A DNA stretch of 64,000 bases from the human T2T-CHM13v2.0 reference genome, Homo sapiens, in the NCBI RefSeq assembly GCF_009914755.1, contig NC_060934.1; one strand, written 5' to 3'. This document shows, piece by piece, positions 35,449-48,869 of the stretch. The notes below the pieces were generated by a model. It did not search any database. It saw nothing but the letters and a program-made list of their open reading frames with translations, and was not told where the DNA came from. Each line of letters starts with the position of its first letter. Positions within the stretch are counted from its first letter, which is position 1. The position numbers were made by a program, and so were the translations under genes.

Positions 35449-37132
35449 GAGTAGATATCATGCATCAGACATCTTCGTGGGCCCTCTGGGCTAGGAAGGG
35501 TTCAGAGGGTGGGGTCCAGCAATCCCAGCTGTCCTGCTCAGGGGCCTTCAGTAGCAGGCACAACAGAGGGATGCAGGCATCTGGGGGACAGGGCTGCCTA
35601 CCAGTGAGCGTGGTCACCAGAAGGAAGGGAAGAGGCAGGGCCGGAAGCGCCCTGAATGCCCATTTTGACCGTGGCCTTGGATAGAGACAAGACTAACATG
35701 GCCGAATTGTTGCTCCACCCCCCTTCCACACACATTCAACAGACTCCTTTTCAAAGAAACCCTGAGATTCAGACTTTCTTGGAGACAGAGGTGAGCTGAA
35801 AAGGTCTCCAGCTGCTAGGAGCTGCTGGCTTGGTTGAGTGTTCAAGATACAAACAAATGAAAACTATAATGTTCAAATTCCAAGGCAGAGGTCTGGCAGC
35901 CCCTGATGGCTTTGAAGAGTTTGGATGACTTCAAAAGATGCTACATTTCTGCCCAGAGTGTCCCCAGCCACATGCCTGTCTTTGGTCTTAGGTATGAGTG
36001 GATTCTTCATGTGGACACGTGGCTTTAGGTGATATAGGAAGGGGCCACTGTATTAAAGTGAAAAAGAATGAATTACCCATGGACAAAAAACTCTGCCTAG
36101 CTTGATCTTGTCCAAGGCTTTGTCTCCAAGTGTCTGGGCACCAGCCCAGGTGCTGGAGTTCACTGGGAACCATGGCCTTGGCCTGGCCCTGGGAGCTGTG
36201 AGTTGGTGTGAGTAGCTATGGCCTCTGTCTCAGCGATGTGACATTTCTGCATAATTCTGTGCTGTGGCACTCTGTCTTGGGCCCAGCGTTCCCGCTTCTT
36301 CTTCCTAAGCCACGGTGTCCTCCAGTTGTGATGGGGCTTAGCCATCAGGAGTGGGATAACTCACTCTCTAGAGGTGACTTCAATCCCACAGAGAAGTGAG
36401 TGATGGAAGTCTTTGCTGTGCTGTTTGTTTCTGAAGACTTGGAAGTATTTGCTTGGGGGGACAAGACAATATCATTATTCATCTTTCTCTTGTATTTGCC
36501 AAACCAACACTTTTTGTGCTTTACTTTTTCATCTATAATAACAGGATAGTGGTGCAGCTATTTCTGGAACTGGAAACAACAGCTGTCGTTTTTCCTGTGG
36601 AGAATTTGAGTTTAATCTAAATGGCCAGTGTGCACATTCACTTTCCCAGTGTGAAGGAAATACGTATTTATGAACATCAGGTTCTTGGAGGATTCCCATC
36701 AAATAAGAAACTCAGTGGCCTTCCCTCAGAGCTCTTAGAGGAAATGGTAATACTGGCACCCTTCTTTCCTCCTAAAGCCTCTTGGCTACAGCGACACTGT
36801 GCCCACCCAACTCTCCTCCAACTTTCCTACAACACTTCTCTAATCTGGTTCCTTGTCCTCCTCCTGAACCCTAAATCAGGAAAAGGGGTGCTAGATGGTG
36901 AAGATCTGTCTGTATTGGGGGTGGGGAACAGGAGAGGAAAGCAGCCCTTCCCCATGAGCCTCACCCCGTGAGGACACTGAGAACACAGGTTACCATGTGC
37001 ACTGCTTCTTTGGGTCTGTGTTACTCTGAGTCCTCCAGAGAAAGAACCAATAGGATAGATTAGATAGACAGATAATCAATAGGTGGGTAGACAGATAATA
37101 GATAATCAATAGATAGGTAGGTAGAGAGATAT

Positions 37133-37506
37133 TGATATGGTTTGGCTGGGTCCTCACCCAAAATCTCATCTTGAATTGTAACCCCCATAATCCCCATGTG
37201 TTAAGGGTGGGACCAGGTGAAGGGAATTGGATCTCGGGGGCAGTTTCCCCAATGCTGTTCTCATGATAGTGAGTGAGTCTCACAAGATCTGATGGTTTTA
37301 TAAGCACCTGGCATTTCCCCTGCTAGTTGTTATTCTCTCTCCTGCCGCCCTGTGAAGAGGTGCCTGCTTCTCCTCTGCTTTCCACCATGATTGTAAGTTT
37401 CCTGGGGCCTCCCCAGCAATGTGGAAGTGTGAGTCAACCCTCTTTCCTTTATAAATTATCTAGTCTCAGGCAGTTATTTATAGCAGCATGAGAACGAACT
37501 AATACA
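37133..37506 (+). mobile_element. THE1 (THE1C/D-like) MaLR solo LTR
   Basis: TGATATGGTTTGGCTG...AAATCTCATCTTGAATTGTA...GAACTAATACA; TSD GATAT/GATAG. Confidence 0.92.
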
Positions 37507-37542
37507 GATAGATAATAGATAATCAATAGGTAGAGACAGATC

Positions 37543-38438
37543 TGTTAGAATAGGCAGATAGCGGCCAGGTGGGGTGGCTCATGCCTGTAATCTCAGCACT
37601 TTGGGAGGCCAACACAGGCAGATCACTTGAGGTCAGAAGTTTGAGACCACCCTGGCCAACATGGTGAAACTCCATCTCTACTAAATAAAATAAAATAATG
37701 GGCAGATGGCTAGACATGAGCAGGAGAGGGAGCCCCTGAGAAAAGGGAGGTCTGGAAAAGTCTCACACCCCAGGGACCACCAGAAACATGCATGCTGGAA
37801 ATGAGCAGAGGAGGGGATATACTGATGCAGGAAGGAACACCCCTTAGAGACACCCAGTCATCACTCCCTCCACAGTCAACCTGTCAGAGCAGAGCTGTCT
37901 GCGTGCTGATAAAGAGGAAAGAAAACAAAGGAGAAACTCAGAGACAAGCAGTCGCAGTAAGTGCAGATCTGGCCATGATACAACCTTCCCGAGTGGAGGT
38001 AATGAGCAACACAGCCATTAGGTAGAATTTGCATCCAACACTGGCCTGGCATGGGTACCGCCTGATAGTAAAGGAGGGTCCCAGAAGCCCAGGGTGAGAA
38101 CTAGGTGAGGAGAAGGTGGGGACTTAAGACAGGAATGACAAAACTAGACCCTCCCAAAAAAGGCAGAGCCTTAAGACAGAGGTGGGAACTTCAGGAAAAA
38201 ATACAAAGTCATAAAAACCCAGCGTAGAACCCTCAGGGGCTGTAGCTCATTCTCCTTCAGCTGCCCCCTCTGTCTCATCTTTCAGAGTGCACTGTCCCTT
38301 TAAATAAACCCTCTGCTCCCAATTTTCCTTCCATAAATTATCTTCTTGGATAAGAGAATAAACTCCATAAACTGTCTCTTGGCCAAATTCTTTCTCCCAA
38401 GATGACAAAGGACTGAGGATTCCCACACTTCCTGATGA
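37543..38438 (+). mobile_element. ERV1 solo LTR (MER50-like)
   Basis: TGTTAGAATAGGCAGATAGC[Alu]TAGACATGAGCAGGAGAGGG..., TATA-like CATAAAAACCC near 38210, AATAAA near 38303; 3' end approximate. Confidence 0.7.
37563..37696 (+). mobile_element. Alu left monomer only, with TSD
   Basis: GGCCAGGTGGGGTGGCTCATGCCTGTAATC...CATCTCTACTAAATAAAATAAAAT; TSD AATAGGCAGATAGC / AATGGGCAGATGGC. Confidence 0.95.
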
Positions 38439-39309
38439 GAGAGAGAGAGAGAGATTGATTGTAAGGAGTTGCTCACACAGTTATGGAGGCTGACAAGTCC
38501 CAGTTCTGCCATTTGCAAGCTGGAGACCCAGGAGACCAAACAGTGTAAGTTCCAGTCCAAAATCCAGCAGGCTCAAAACCAGAAAAAGGTTCATGATTCA
38601 GTTCTAGTCCAAAAGCAGGGAAAACCAATGTCCCCTCTCAAGGCGATTAGACAGGAGGAAAGCAGGAGACCCACCCTTTCGTTCTACTCAAGCCTTCGCC
38701 TGATTGCAGGGGCTGCCCTAACCAGGGAGCACCATCTGCCCTACTCAGTCTACAGGTTCCAATGCTGGTCCCATCCAGAAACATCCTCACAGACACACCC
38801 AAAAAATGTCTGGGTGCGCGGCCCAGTCAAGTTAAAGCATGAAATTCACCATCCCATGATGTGCACCCATCTCGGTGTATTGACCACCCACTCTTGCCTG
38901 ACATCTTCAGAAATAAAATAGACCTTGTGCCTGGAGCCACTGAGAGTCAGAGGTTGTTGGTGAAGCAACTGGTCACATGTCTCTGACTGCTGAAGTGGAC
39001 AGTGCCCCCGCCCACGGGACCCCAGCCTTGCCCTCGCCACAATGTGGCCACTGTAGACTTCCTCAGTGGGACCCATTTCCACAGCACATCTAGTCAATCC
39101 TGCCATGTCAGCCAGAGGTCCCCAATCTCAACCCCAGCAGACCAGAGGAGCTCCCCTCCCCCACCGCCTCGAAGCCAGTCTCTCCTCTGGGCCTCCCATC
39201 CTGTGCAGGTGGACACCCTGTCATCACCTCTGGCTCCTCCCCTCACCTACGTGCAGTGGAGGGGCCCATCCCTCCACGTCCGTGTCAATGTGACTGATGA
39301 TTCCTCCTG

Positions 39310-39520
39310 CCTTTGCGGGGCTGACTCTGGGCCCAACGTTGCTCTAAGTGTCATAAATGGTGTCTTCTCACAACAACTAGAGGTTGTCATCGCTGTGACC
39401 GCCATTTACAGATGCAGCAGCTGTGACCCAGCGAGGTTGAGTGGCTTGCCCACACTCACCGCCTCCGTGCATACCGACCCCGGCCTGGAACCAGACACCC
39501 TGGCCCGAGCCGAGAGGCCC
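39310..39520 (-). mobile_element. MIR SINE, GC-shifted
   Basis: CCATTTACAGATGCAGCAGCTGTGACCCAGCGAGGTTGAGTGGCTTGCCCACACTCAC is the reverse-strand MIR core. Confidence 0.7.
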
Positions 39521-39987
39521 CTTGCTTCCTGCTCCACACCTTCCCGGGAAAAACAAGCACTCTGAGTTGGGGTCACCAAAGCCACAGAGTGCAGCTCAAC
39601 TTCAGCTTGGTGTCTTGCAAAATCTCTTATTCTCTCTCCTTGGTTCTCCCCTACAGCAGCAGAAACTGCCCAGCAGTCCTGTTCTATAGACTTTCCCCTT
39701 CCCCTGCCATTGCCCTGCTGAGACACTCCCCACGGCACTCCTGACTCCTTCCTCCAGAGCCCAGAATATTCCAGGCCCAGGGCTGGACCCAATCCCCCAA
39801 AAGGCCACTGATGCCACCATGGCCTGTTTCTTCTCGGTGACACCTTGCAGCTCACTGAATTCAGTGGAAACTTTATACCCAAGAGCATATAGAAAATCAA
39901 TTGTGATAATTCAGAAGCCATCTGGCCTCCACTGGCTACTACTCAAAAGAATACCGAAATAAGCCACTTCAAAACCCTATTTACTAT

Positions 39988-40215
39988 TCATTGACCACCT
40001 ACTATGCACCAGACGTGCCCCTGGGCCTTTTGTGTCAATTACCTGGTTTAATTCTCACCACCGTCCATGAGGCAGACACCATTGCTATCCCCATTTAACA
40101 GAAGGAAAAAATGAGATGCAGAGAAGCAACTTGCCAGACATTACCCAGAGAATAAATGGCAGAACCAGCTCCCAGCCCGGGCGTTACTCCAAAGCCAATC
40201 CCCCTAACTCCTACA
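39988..40215 (-). mobile_element. MIR SINE
   Basis: CACCTACTATGCACCAG...TTTAATTCTCAC...TATCCCCATTTAACAGAAGGAAAAAATGAG. Confidence 0.8.
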
Positions 40216-42024
40216 GGGCTGCTGAGCCAACGTTACACAAAAGCAGCGACTGTAGAAATGAGGAGAAAGGTGAGCATCAGAGTTCATCCGGTTGACCTTG
40301 CGGAGCTGCCCTAGGGGACGGAGAGCTGCTGTGCTCCCTGCTTCTGCACACCAGGCAGGAGTCAGGCCACCACGAGCCCCTTCCCCTCTATCACCTGCCG
40401 CATTCCCAGCCCACGGCTCTGCTCAGGGTGGACTGGGCTCCTCTGGCCGCCCAGCTCCCCTGCAGGGTGGCTGACAGGCCCTTGCCTACCCTTCACTTCT
40501 AACATTGCTATCCCCATTTCCCAAAATTCAGCAAGGTTAGTTCCCTTCTCTTTTCCCCTAATTCTTGCTTTTTAAGATCAATCCTGAGCAAGAGGAGCTT
40601 TCTCAAGAAGGAATTATGTGCATCTGTAGCCCCACTGAAGCTTCAACAAACTGATTCCCCCAGATGTGCTCAATGGAAGAAGTCAGGTCCTTTGTTGTGT
40701 ATCAGATCCACTTGGCCAAGGAGAAGGGTTCTGCGCTGATTCATTCATAAAATCTTCATCAAGCTCTTACTGCATTTATCATCCTGCGCAGGAACTAATG
40801 GGTACGTGCATGCACCTGACAAGGAAAAATGGGCCTAAGAAACATCACCGTAAATGTCATGTCTTTAAGACATAAGCGTCAACATTTTAAGGATAACATT
40901 GAATTTTTTTCAAAAGAATATTATCTTTTTCAATAGAAAATACACAAATCTGTACCAGTGTGAATGTCCTAGGTCATTGATCACAATGGAACTGGTTCCA
41001 CTGAGTTATGACCTGCTGTAAGAAGAGGCATGGAGACTTGTTCTGTTCTGAGGATCCCGGCAGTTCTGAGTTTAAGTGCTTGTCGGCTGGGAACTTTGGT
41101 TATGCACAGGCAAACCTCTGGAACCTATGTTCCCAGGCCAAGGAGACTAAGGTAACAGTGTTGTCAGTGCACACCGTACAGTCCTTGGAGCTGGGCTCGC
41201 CTTTTCCTGTGCCACCTGAAAGCTCTGGCCAACGCAGTGGAAAAAACAAAAACAAAACGAAACAGCAATAACAAAAAAAACCACACTGGGTTTTGACTGA
41301 AGTGACATCTATCGCCGGCATTATATAGATTCGAATTTATTGACTTGACTCTTTTTTTTAATTCTAATTTATTCACCATTTCAAAAACCAAGTATGTGAT
41401 TAAAATCTGCTGCCACCTGGTGGTGGTCACAGTGTCACATGTCATGTTCCAAAAAGTGAAGTCCACGCTACAACTGTGTTTTGGTAAAGGTAGCAATGAA
41501 CATATTTTTCTCATCTATTTAGGGGAAAATGGTAAAATATGTGAACTTATTCATTGTTAATCCTACATGTGACAAGTATAATCCGAGCACAAGCCTTGAG
41601 GCAGCATTTCTTAACTGGTCATAGATGCTTTTGAAACCCTGATAAAATGTGGGAGGATCTCCCTGGGAAAATGAACACACGTGCACATTCACAAAGTTAC
41701 ACATGCAACTTTGAAAGAACACAGTACAGAGTGAAGATGCTTGCTTTAAAGAAAATACCTAGAATTCGATCTCACTGAGATGGTTGCAAATTAAAAGGCT
41801 CTAATCACAGTGAAAAGGAACCGGTAGCTATGAGCCACTGTGAGTTTTCTAAGAAGTCAAACCAAGTGCACCCTGATTCCATTTTGTTGTTATGATATGT
41901 AAAGGTAAATATATAGGAGATATACGTGTTTTATATATGTGTATATAAAACATAAACATTTATATATTTTTGTACTTATTCATATAAAACATATTTATAT
42001 ATAATTATTGTACAAGATAATTTA

Positions 42025-42380
42025 ATTCCATGCAATAGTTATTTATCACATGGCTGGACTGGTCACTGGGCCGGGTGCTGAATGCTCAGAAAATTAAGAC
42101 ACAATTTCTGCCTTCAAAAGACCCACAGCCTGGCAAGGAAAATGAGCAGACATATATACACATATATAAGAATTATAATCTGATATGACAAGTGTTCGTC
42201 CAAAGGCACTACGGGAGCAAGAGGAAGAAGCAATTTCTTCTATCTGATTTGAGGGGTGGCAGGGAGAAAAAGTTGCCATTTCAGCTGAGGAAAGAGATGG
42301 GTAACCCCAACCCCAATGTGAAAGACACATATTCAAAGCAGGGAACTGCATGGGGGAAAGCTCAGCAGCATCAAAGTTCA
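42025..42380 (-). mobile_element. L2 3' fragment
   Basis: AAGACACAATTTCTGCCTTCAAAAGACCCACAGCCTGG...AATTATAAT...GGGAGCAAGAGGAAGAAG typical of antisense L2. Confidence 0.6.
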
Positions 42381-43401
42381 CAGGACCAGCACGTGCTCTG
42401 GGGTCAGGTCGCCAAAGCCACAGAGTGAAGCTAAACTTCAGCTTGGTGTTTTGCAAAATCTTTTATTCTTTCTCCTTGATTGTCCCCTACAGTGAACCTT
42501 CCCACCAGTCCTATTCTATAAAATGTTCCCTTCCCTCACACTCCAGGGATTATCCAGGGTGCAGAACAGGGAGGAGTATGCCCCATCTCGTGTGCAAAAC
42601 CTCATTATGTAAGGTAATTCTATGGGATACCTTTTATACCCCACATGAAAACCCTCCCAGCCTCACCTCGCACTTCACCCAGTACCTCCCAGGCTCTGAT
42701 CCACTTTGCATAGGTGTCACCTGACACCACCTGGGCTCGGAGATCTGCTCACCTCTTACTTCCTGCCTTGGCCCCGGGGTCACCTGCAGGAGGCTGCTCA
42801 GCAATCACAGTTATGCAAGTCTCCAAAGACAGGGCCTCCACGGCCAGGACAGAAGCAGATAATAAGTTCTCTTTCCTTTACTGTCCCAAGGAGACTGTGC
42901 TGAGATGCATTTCATAAAGGGCCTCAGAAGGTCTCAAAAAGCCCAGCATCAGCCACTCCAAGCGGCTGTCGATTGGATAAGCCATCTGGTATTCCCATTC
43001 ACTCCTTCCCTCCCTCGCTCAACTCACTCCTGCTCGCCTGAGCCCTGAGACCCCTGCCCAAAGAAACAGCCTGAACTCAAGCCTTTGTCCCTAGCTCTGC
43101 TGGAGAAGCTCCATCTAAGACCACTGATACCACACCTGAAAGCTCTAGATAGCAGACCTTCAGGATAGAATTTGGGGGCTAGTCCCCTCGCCAATCCAGC
43201 ACACAGAGGAACCCCATTGCCAGTGGCAATTGGGGAAGTAATAAGCCCCTGGCCTCAGCTGCCTCATCATCACCAAGAAGGGCACTGGAATAGGGCTAGA
43301 GAGAGGTGCAGGGAGGTGCGGGGGAGGTACAGGGGAGGCACAGGGGAGACAGGCTTTGCACTGGCATCCATGACACCTTAGAGACTCCCCATCCAGCAGG
43401 G

Positions 43402-43733
43402 TAGGGGTCCCCAACTCCCAGCCATGAACCAGTACCAGTCTGTGGCCTGTTAGGAGCCAGGCCACACAGCAGGTGAGCAGCAGGCTGAGGAGCACTGCTA
43501 CCCAAGCTCACCCTCCTGTCAGATCAGCAGCGGCATTAGATTCTCATAGGAGCACAATCCCTATTGTGAACCGTGCTTTTGAGGGATCTCGGTTGCCCAC
43601 TGCTTATGAGAATCTAATACCTGATGATCTGAGATGGAACAGTTTCATCCCCAAACCATCCCCACCCCCAGTCTGTGGAGAAATTGTCTTCCACAAAACG
43701 TGTCCCTGGTGCCAAAAAGGTTGAGGACCACTG
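43402..43733 (+). mobile_element. MER1B (hAT-Charlie)
   Basis: AGGGGTCCCCAAC...GCGGCATTAGATTCTCATAGGAGC...GTCCCTGGTGCCAAAAAGGTTGAGGACCACTG; 8-bp TSD CAGCAGGG/CGCCAGGG. Confidence 0.93.
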
Positions 43734-44201
43734 CGCCAGGGCGTTGGATTCAGAAGGTCTTGCAGAGGGTGCATCAGCAATATGCATTTCTAACTGGCAG
43801 CAAAAGTCCTCTTACAAAACGTTCATCTACTGTAGAAAGATTTAGGATGTAGAAACAAAAGAAATGTCACCTGTAACTCTGCCATGGGTCAGTGTGCACC
43901 ATCTCAGGCTCTTCTGCACGCCCATGTGGGTGGGGTCGGGGTTGGGTGTCTCGGCCAGGTGGAGGCTGGGCCAGGCCCCAAAGCTGTGGGCGGCAGATGC
44001 TGCATCCACCTCCTCTGGCTTGGATCTAGAAGCTTCCTCCTCTCTCTTCCTCTTGCCTGAATTGACACAGGAGATGAAGCCTGGGGAAAATGGACCAGAA
44101 CTCAGACCCCAACCCCCAACCTACAATGACATTCAAGGATGTAAGACGCACATGATAGATTTGTTAGCACAGTGTTATCTGTAAATCAGAGCTGTGTTCA
44201 C

Positions 44202-44570
44202 TGTCAGTTAGAACAGGCTGGGTTATACCGAGTAACAAATGTCCTGCAATCACAGAGGCTTCCCTCCACAAAGATCTGCCTGTCACTCACCACGTGCCCA
44301 GGGCTTGGCTCAGCCCTTCACAGGTGGATGGGCATTCGCAAACTGGAGCACGGCAGCCTGTCATAGAGACAGGAAATGAGCACATGGTGAACAAGTGCTG
44401 GCTCTTAGCTTCTGCCCAGCAGAGCCCCATGACACTTCTGCTCACATTTCATTGGCCAAGGCAAGTCACATGGCCCTACTGCCACATGACACTTGTACTT
44501 GAATTTCATTGGCCAAGGCAAGTCCCCTTGCTTTGCCTGCTTCAGAGGAGCAGGGATGTTCAGTGAGCAA
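44202..44570 (-). mobile_element. Old MaLR LTR (MLT1J/K-like)
   Basis: GTCAGTTAGAACAGGCTGGGTTATACCGAGTAACAAA...CACTTCTGCTCACATTTCATTGGCCAAGGCAAGTCACATGGCC. Confidence 0.7.
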
Positions 44571-44958
44571 ATCACCCTGAGAACTTGATGACTGTCCTTG
44601 CTCCATTCTTTCTTTTTTCACGGTCCTTTGTCCACCGACACATCACCAGCTCCGGACTGGAGCTCCAGTAGAGAGGGCACCAGGCACACTCATCCTTGTA
44701 TCCCACAGGGACTGCCATCATTGGCAGACAGGCAGTCTACTTCTCTTTTTCCTGCCAAGAGTCGGAGAGAGCAGTGACTTCCACAACACTGGCCCTGCAG
44801 ACTTTGTAACCTAAGTTCCCAAAAATGGACTAAAAAGTAATGAGTTCTTATCCTGACTATTCACTCAGCAATACTTAGTTATTAAACATCTTCTATGTGC
44901 CAGGTACATAATGTGGAGAATAAATAGAAGTAGAAAATAAGAAAATGAAAATATCCTA

Positions 44959-45180
44959 CAGGTTATCTCTTATTCAAAATGGTTGGGACCAGAAAGGTTT
45001 TGAGTTTTGGATTTTGGAATATTTACATTACACTTAATGGTTGAGCATTTTGAATCCAAAAGTCTAAAATCTAAAATGCTCCAGTGAGCATTTCCTTTGA
45101 GCATCATGTCAGCACTCAGAAAGTTTCAGATTTTGGAGCATTTCAGATTTCAGATTTTTAGATTCAAGATGCTCAACCTG
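44959..45180 (-). mobile_element. Tigger4a (Zombi/MER46)-like MITE
   Basis: CAGGTT...GATGCTCAACCTG TIRs flanked by TA on both sides; internal AAATGCTCCAGTGAGCATTTCCTTTGAGCATCATGTC. Confidence 0.9.
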
Positions 45181-47423
45181 TATAATTTCACCACTCTGGG
45201 GGACCTACTTAACATTTTTTATATATTTCCTTTCCGTTTTTTTCTATGGATTTTTTTGGTCATGCCGACTTAAATAATTTTCTCTTTTTTTTCACTTAAA
45301 GTTATAACTACAACAGTCTTAAGAACTCTTTGAAAATTTAATTTTAAAGACTGAATCATATTGCCTTTAATGTGGATTACATCAGTGCAGGTTATTTATT
45401 GGGCCATCTTATTATCATTAAACACTTTGGGTCATTTCACTTTTTTATTTTTTAAAATGCTATGATTAGTATCATTTTTAAAATTATACCTCAAAAAGTC
45501 TTTGTAAGAAGATTATTCATAAGGCGTAAGCATAAGGAAACCTTCTTATGAGATCATTTGTTCCACAACAATTTATCTCAGCCTAATTGCCTTTTATTGG
45601 CCATAGAGCTGTTCACTTCCTCAGCAACCCAGGGTTCAAGTCCTGTAAAACACAACACTGGGCAGTTCTAGAAGAGAGAAGCGTTTCTGGAGCTTGGCTC
45701 TAAAATCTTCAGATCACAACAATTTTCACAATGAAATAAAATTTAATTTTTGGCTCACATAGTAAAAGATTATATCAGATTTCTCATTCCTCGGAAAATC
45801 AGAGAGAACTTAATAACAAATACCATAATTATCTGCAAAGACTGAACGGTGATTAAATTATCAGGAGGCCGTTACTCCTAAAACTATTTCTTTAATTAGC
45901 TAAAGCTGGCAGTATATATTAATATTTCCTGAGATATTTGCATACATTCACAACAGGCTAACCAGACATTAGCTGAAATATAATTTTTCTAATATTATGT
46001 TAGAAATATTTTAAGATTAAATCATATTATCATGTTTTTTCCTGTGATTATTAGAGCAGACACTCTTGATTTATCACCATAAATTCTCTAATTTAGGAGC
46101 TGAAAATGCTTCTCGTTTTCCATGATGAGCTTTTTCAATTCCATTTACACAATAGAAGGTGCTCTTTGAAGCCCAGATCTGCTGGTAGAACGTGGTTTTT
46201 GATAATCCACATCTGCACACTGCTCCCAGACAAACACAAGGAAGCCCACCCTAATATGTAGCTGGCAGGACCCCGGCCATTCAGATTCCGTGGCCACAGC
46301 AGGAAAAGCGTCTGGGTAGCAGTGGGTGCAGGGACAGGGTGAGGGGAGCTGGTCCTGGCTGGCCACAGCACCAAAGAGCGGAGGACATGTCAGCAAGCAG
46401 GATTTGAATGAGGGTCTAACAGGTCTTTCTCAACTCCATCCCAGCCTGCATAGAGGACAGGACACTCAATTGAATTGGGCAACTCACAGAAGGTCCCAAA
46501 AGGGGGTCAGTACAGAGGTGTGGGGATGGTCAGGGAGGCCACACCTGGGAATCACAGCAAGGCTCTGTCACCACCACTGGGGACAGGAAACTGGGGAGTC
46601 CTGTGGTGAGCCCCAGAGCAGAGGACCGCCCAACAGGAACCAAGCCCTCAGGGGAGGGGCGCAGCCAGCTCCAGGCTGCCCCGGGGGAGGGAGCAGAAAA
46701 TAAAGGTTCTGACCACTCTCCATTCTCTTTCTCCACACCCCTGCCCAGGTCCCTTTGGCCAAACCCAGCAGAAGCCAGAGGGGAAGGAGACTCACAGATG
46801 TAGCCCCGCAGGTCGGCGTCCAGGACCTAAGAGGGGTAGGACACGAGGAGAACCTGGGAGACATGTGGAAGTTGCTGGGCACAAATGACGGGGGACACCC
46901 TGAGGGACCCCATTTGGATGTGCTGAAGCCAGCATGCTCACCCTCACAATATGTGTTCACTCTCAGCCTGGAGGACTTTTGACTCTTGCCATGTCTGTGC
47001 CTTTAAAAAATAACCAACTGTCAGCAACAAGGGATACACTTTGAAAACCAAAACAGAAATTCCCAAAGAAGCCAGGAGCCCAGAGACTGTGATAAGGGGC
47101 AGCTGGGCAGGCCTGCAGCCCTCTGGCCATGACGCCCAGCACTCCTCCTTGAGCAAGCGGGGTTTGGTACTGGGGTCAGTGATGAGCAAGACTCGGCCCC
47201 TGCCCCAGGGACACCTAAGCTAGCGGGGCTGCTGACCACATCACCTGAGGGACACCTAAGCTAGCGGGGCTGCCAGCCACATCACCAAAGCACTCTCTAC
47301 TTGAAAGCATGCAGCAGATGAAGGTGTGCGCAGGTGCAGGGCAGCATGAGAAGGGACCCAACGTGGTCTGTTGGATCAGAGGAGGCTTGGGAAGTGGTGA
47401 TAACAGGACAAGCTGGTGAATGG

Positions 47424-47737
<314 letters not shown>

Positions 47738-48869
47738 CTGGTGCATGTTTCGAGAGCTGCTCCCCACCCAGGGCATCATCACTGGACAAGGTCATTCACT
47801 CAAGGCTGATTCTGGCCAGATGCCGGGTTTGATTTTGTTAGTTTAGTCCAGTTGGACATCCTGGACCAGATGGGGCAAGAACTCAGAGGATAAAATTCAT
47901 CTTGTCCCTTGGGCAGAACCATAGCAAGGAAACATCTTCATCTTAACCTCACCATCTGACGATTGCCTTTATCATCTTAACCTCACCGTCTGAAGATTGC
48001 CGTTAGATGGTGTTCGGACGGCATCACTATGAACAGAGATAGAGGTAAAGGCACGTGAGACTCCAAAGCTTCTACCGCAAGGACCCTTTTCCACCTTTTT
48101 TTCCAGACAAACTTCATTGAAAACACCATGGCCTCTGACTTCCGTGGTGGAAAGGAATCATTCCCATGACTCTTGTTGAAACCTCAAAAAGCATTTGAAG
48201 ATGCCCATTCGCCTTCTGGAAGCCCTGGGTTGGGGGCCAGGTCTGTGTCCAGGCCTGAAGGCTGACCACTCTGTCACATTTTTTTCCTGTAGGAAGGGGT
48301 GACCGAGCTCAGGAAACAGCAAAGAGAAGGCACAGTAGTTGCATGAGTTGGGGCTGCTGAGCACCTGGGTGCATCTAGAGGTTTCCTCCCCACACTCCTT
48401 GGGAGCCTTTACCAAGACAGAAAGTCCACTTGCCTAAAGCAAAATGTGTCCCGAAAACATTCTTTTCTCCTCGCCCCAAATACTGAATAGGTATTTTAGG
48501 AATTAAAATGCAGTAAATTCAAATTACAGTCTCTCCAAATCACGATACTAAAAAGGAAATGTAATATTCATACTCAACTTGTCATCTTAATTAATTTGTC
48601 TGTATTATTTCAGGAGTTCTAAAAAAAATACAGAGCAGTCATCAAGCGAAAATGGAGTAGAAATAAAGTGATTCAGTTAACTCACTATCCATCTATGCAG
48701 ATTTATGAGAGGAAGACCTTTCCACTAGGAGAAGAAGTGGGCTACATAAAACACTCCCAGAAATAGCTATTAGAGAACCATTACTTAAATATGGGTGATT
48801 TTTTTAAGTTATTTTACAATATTATCCAATCTAAAAATTCAGCATGCTTTTTCTGAGACTTTCTAAATA

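Larger units (their letters stand above)
37017..38856 (-). mobile_element. MLT2 (ERVL) LTR with GATA-rich expansion; host to nested insertions
   Basis: CTCCAGAGAAAGAACCAATAGGATAGAT..., resumes at ~38439 with GCTCACACAGTTATGGAGGCTGACAAGTCCCAG...GCAAGCTGGAGACCCAGG, ends GGCCCAGTCAAGTT...AAATTCACCATCCCA. Confidence 0.85.
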
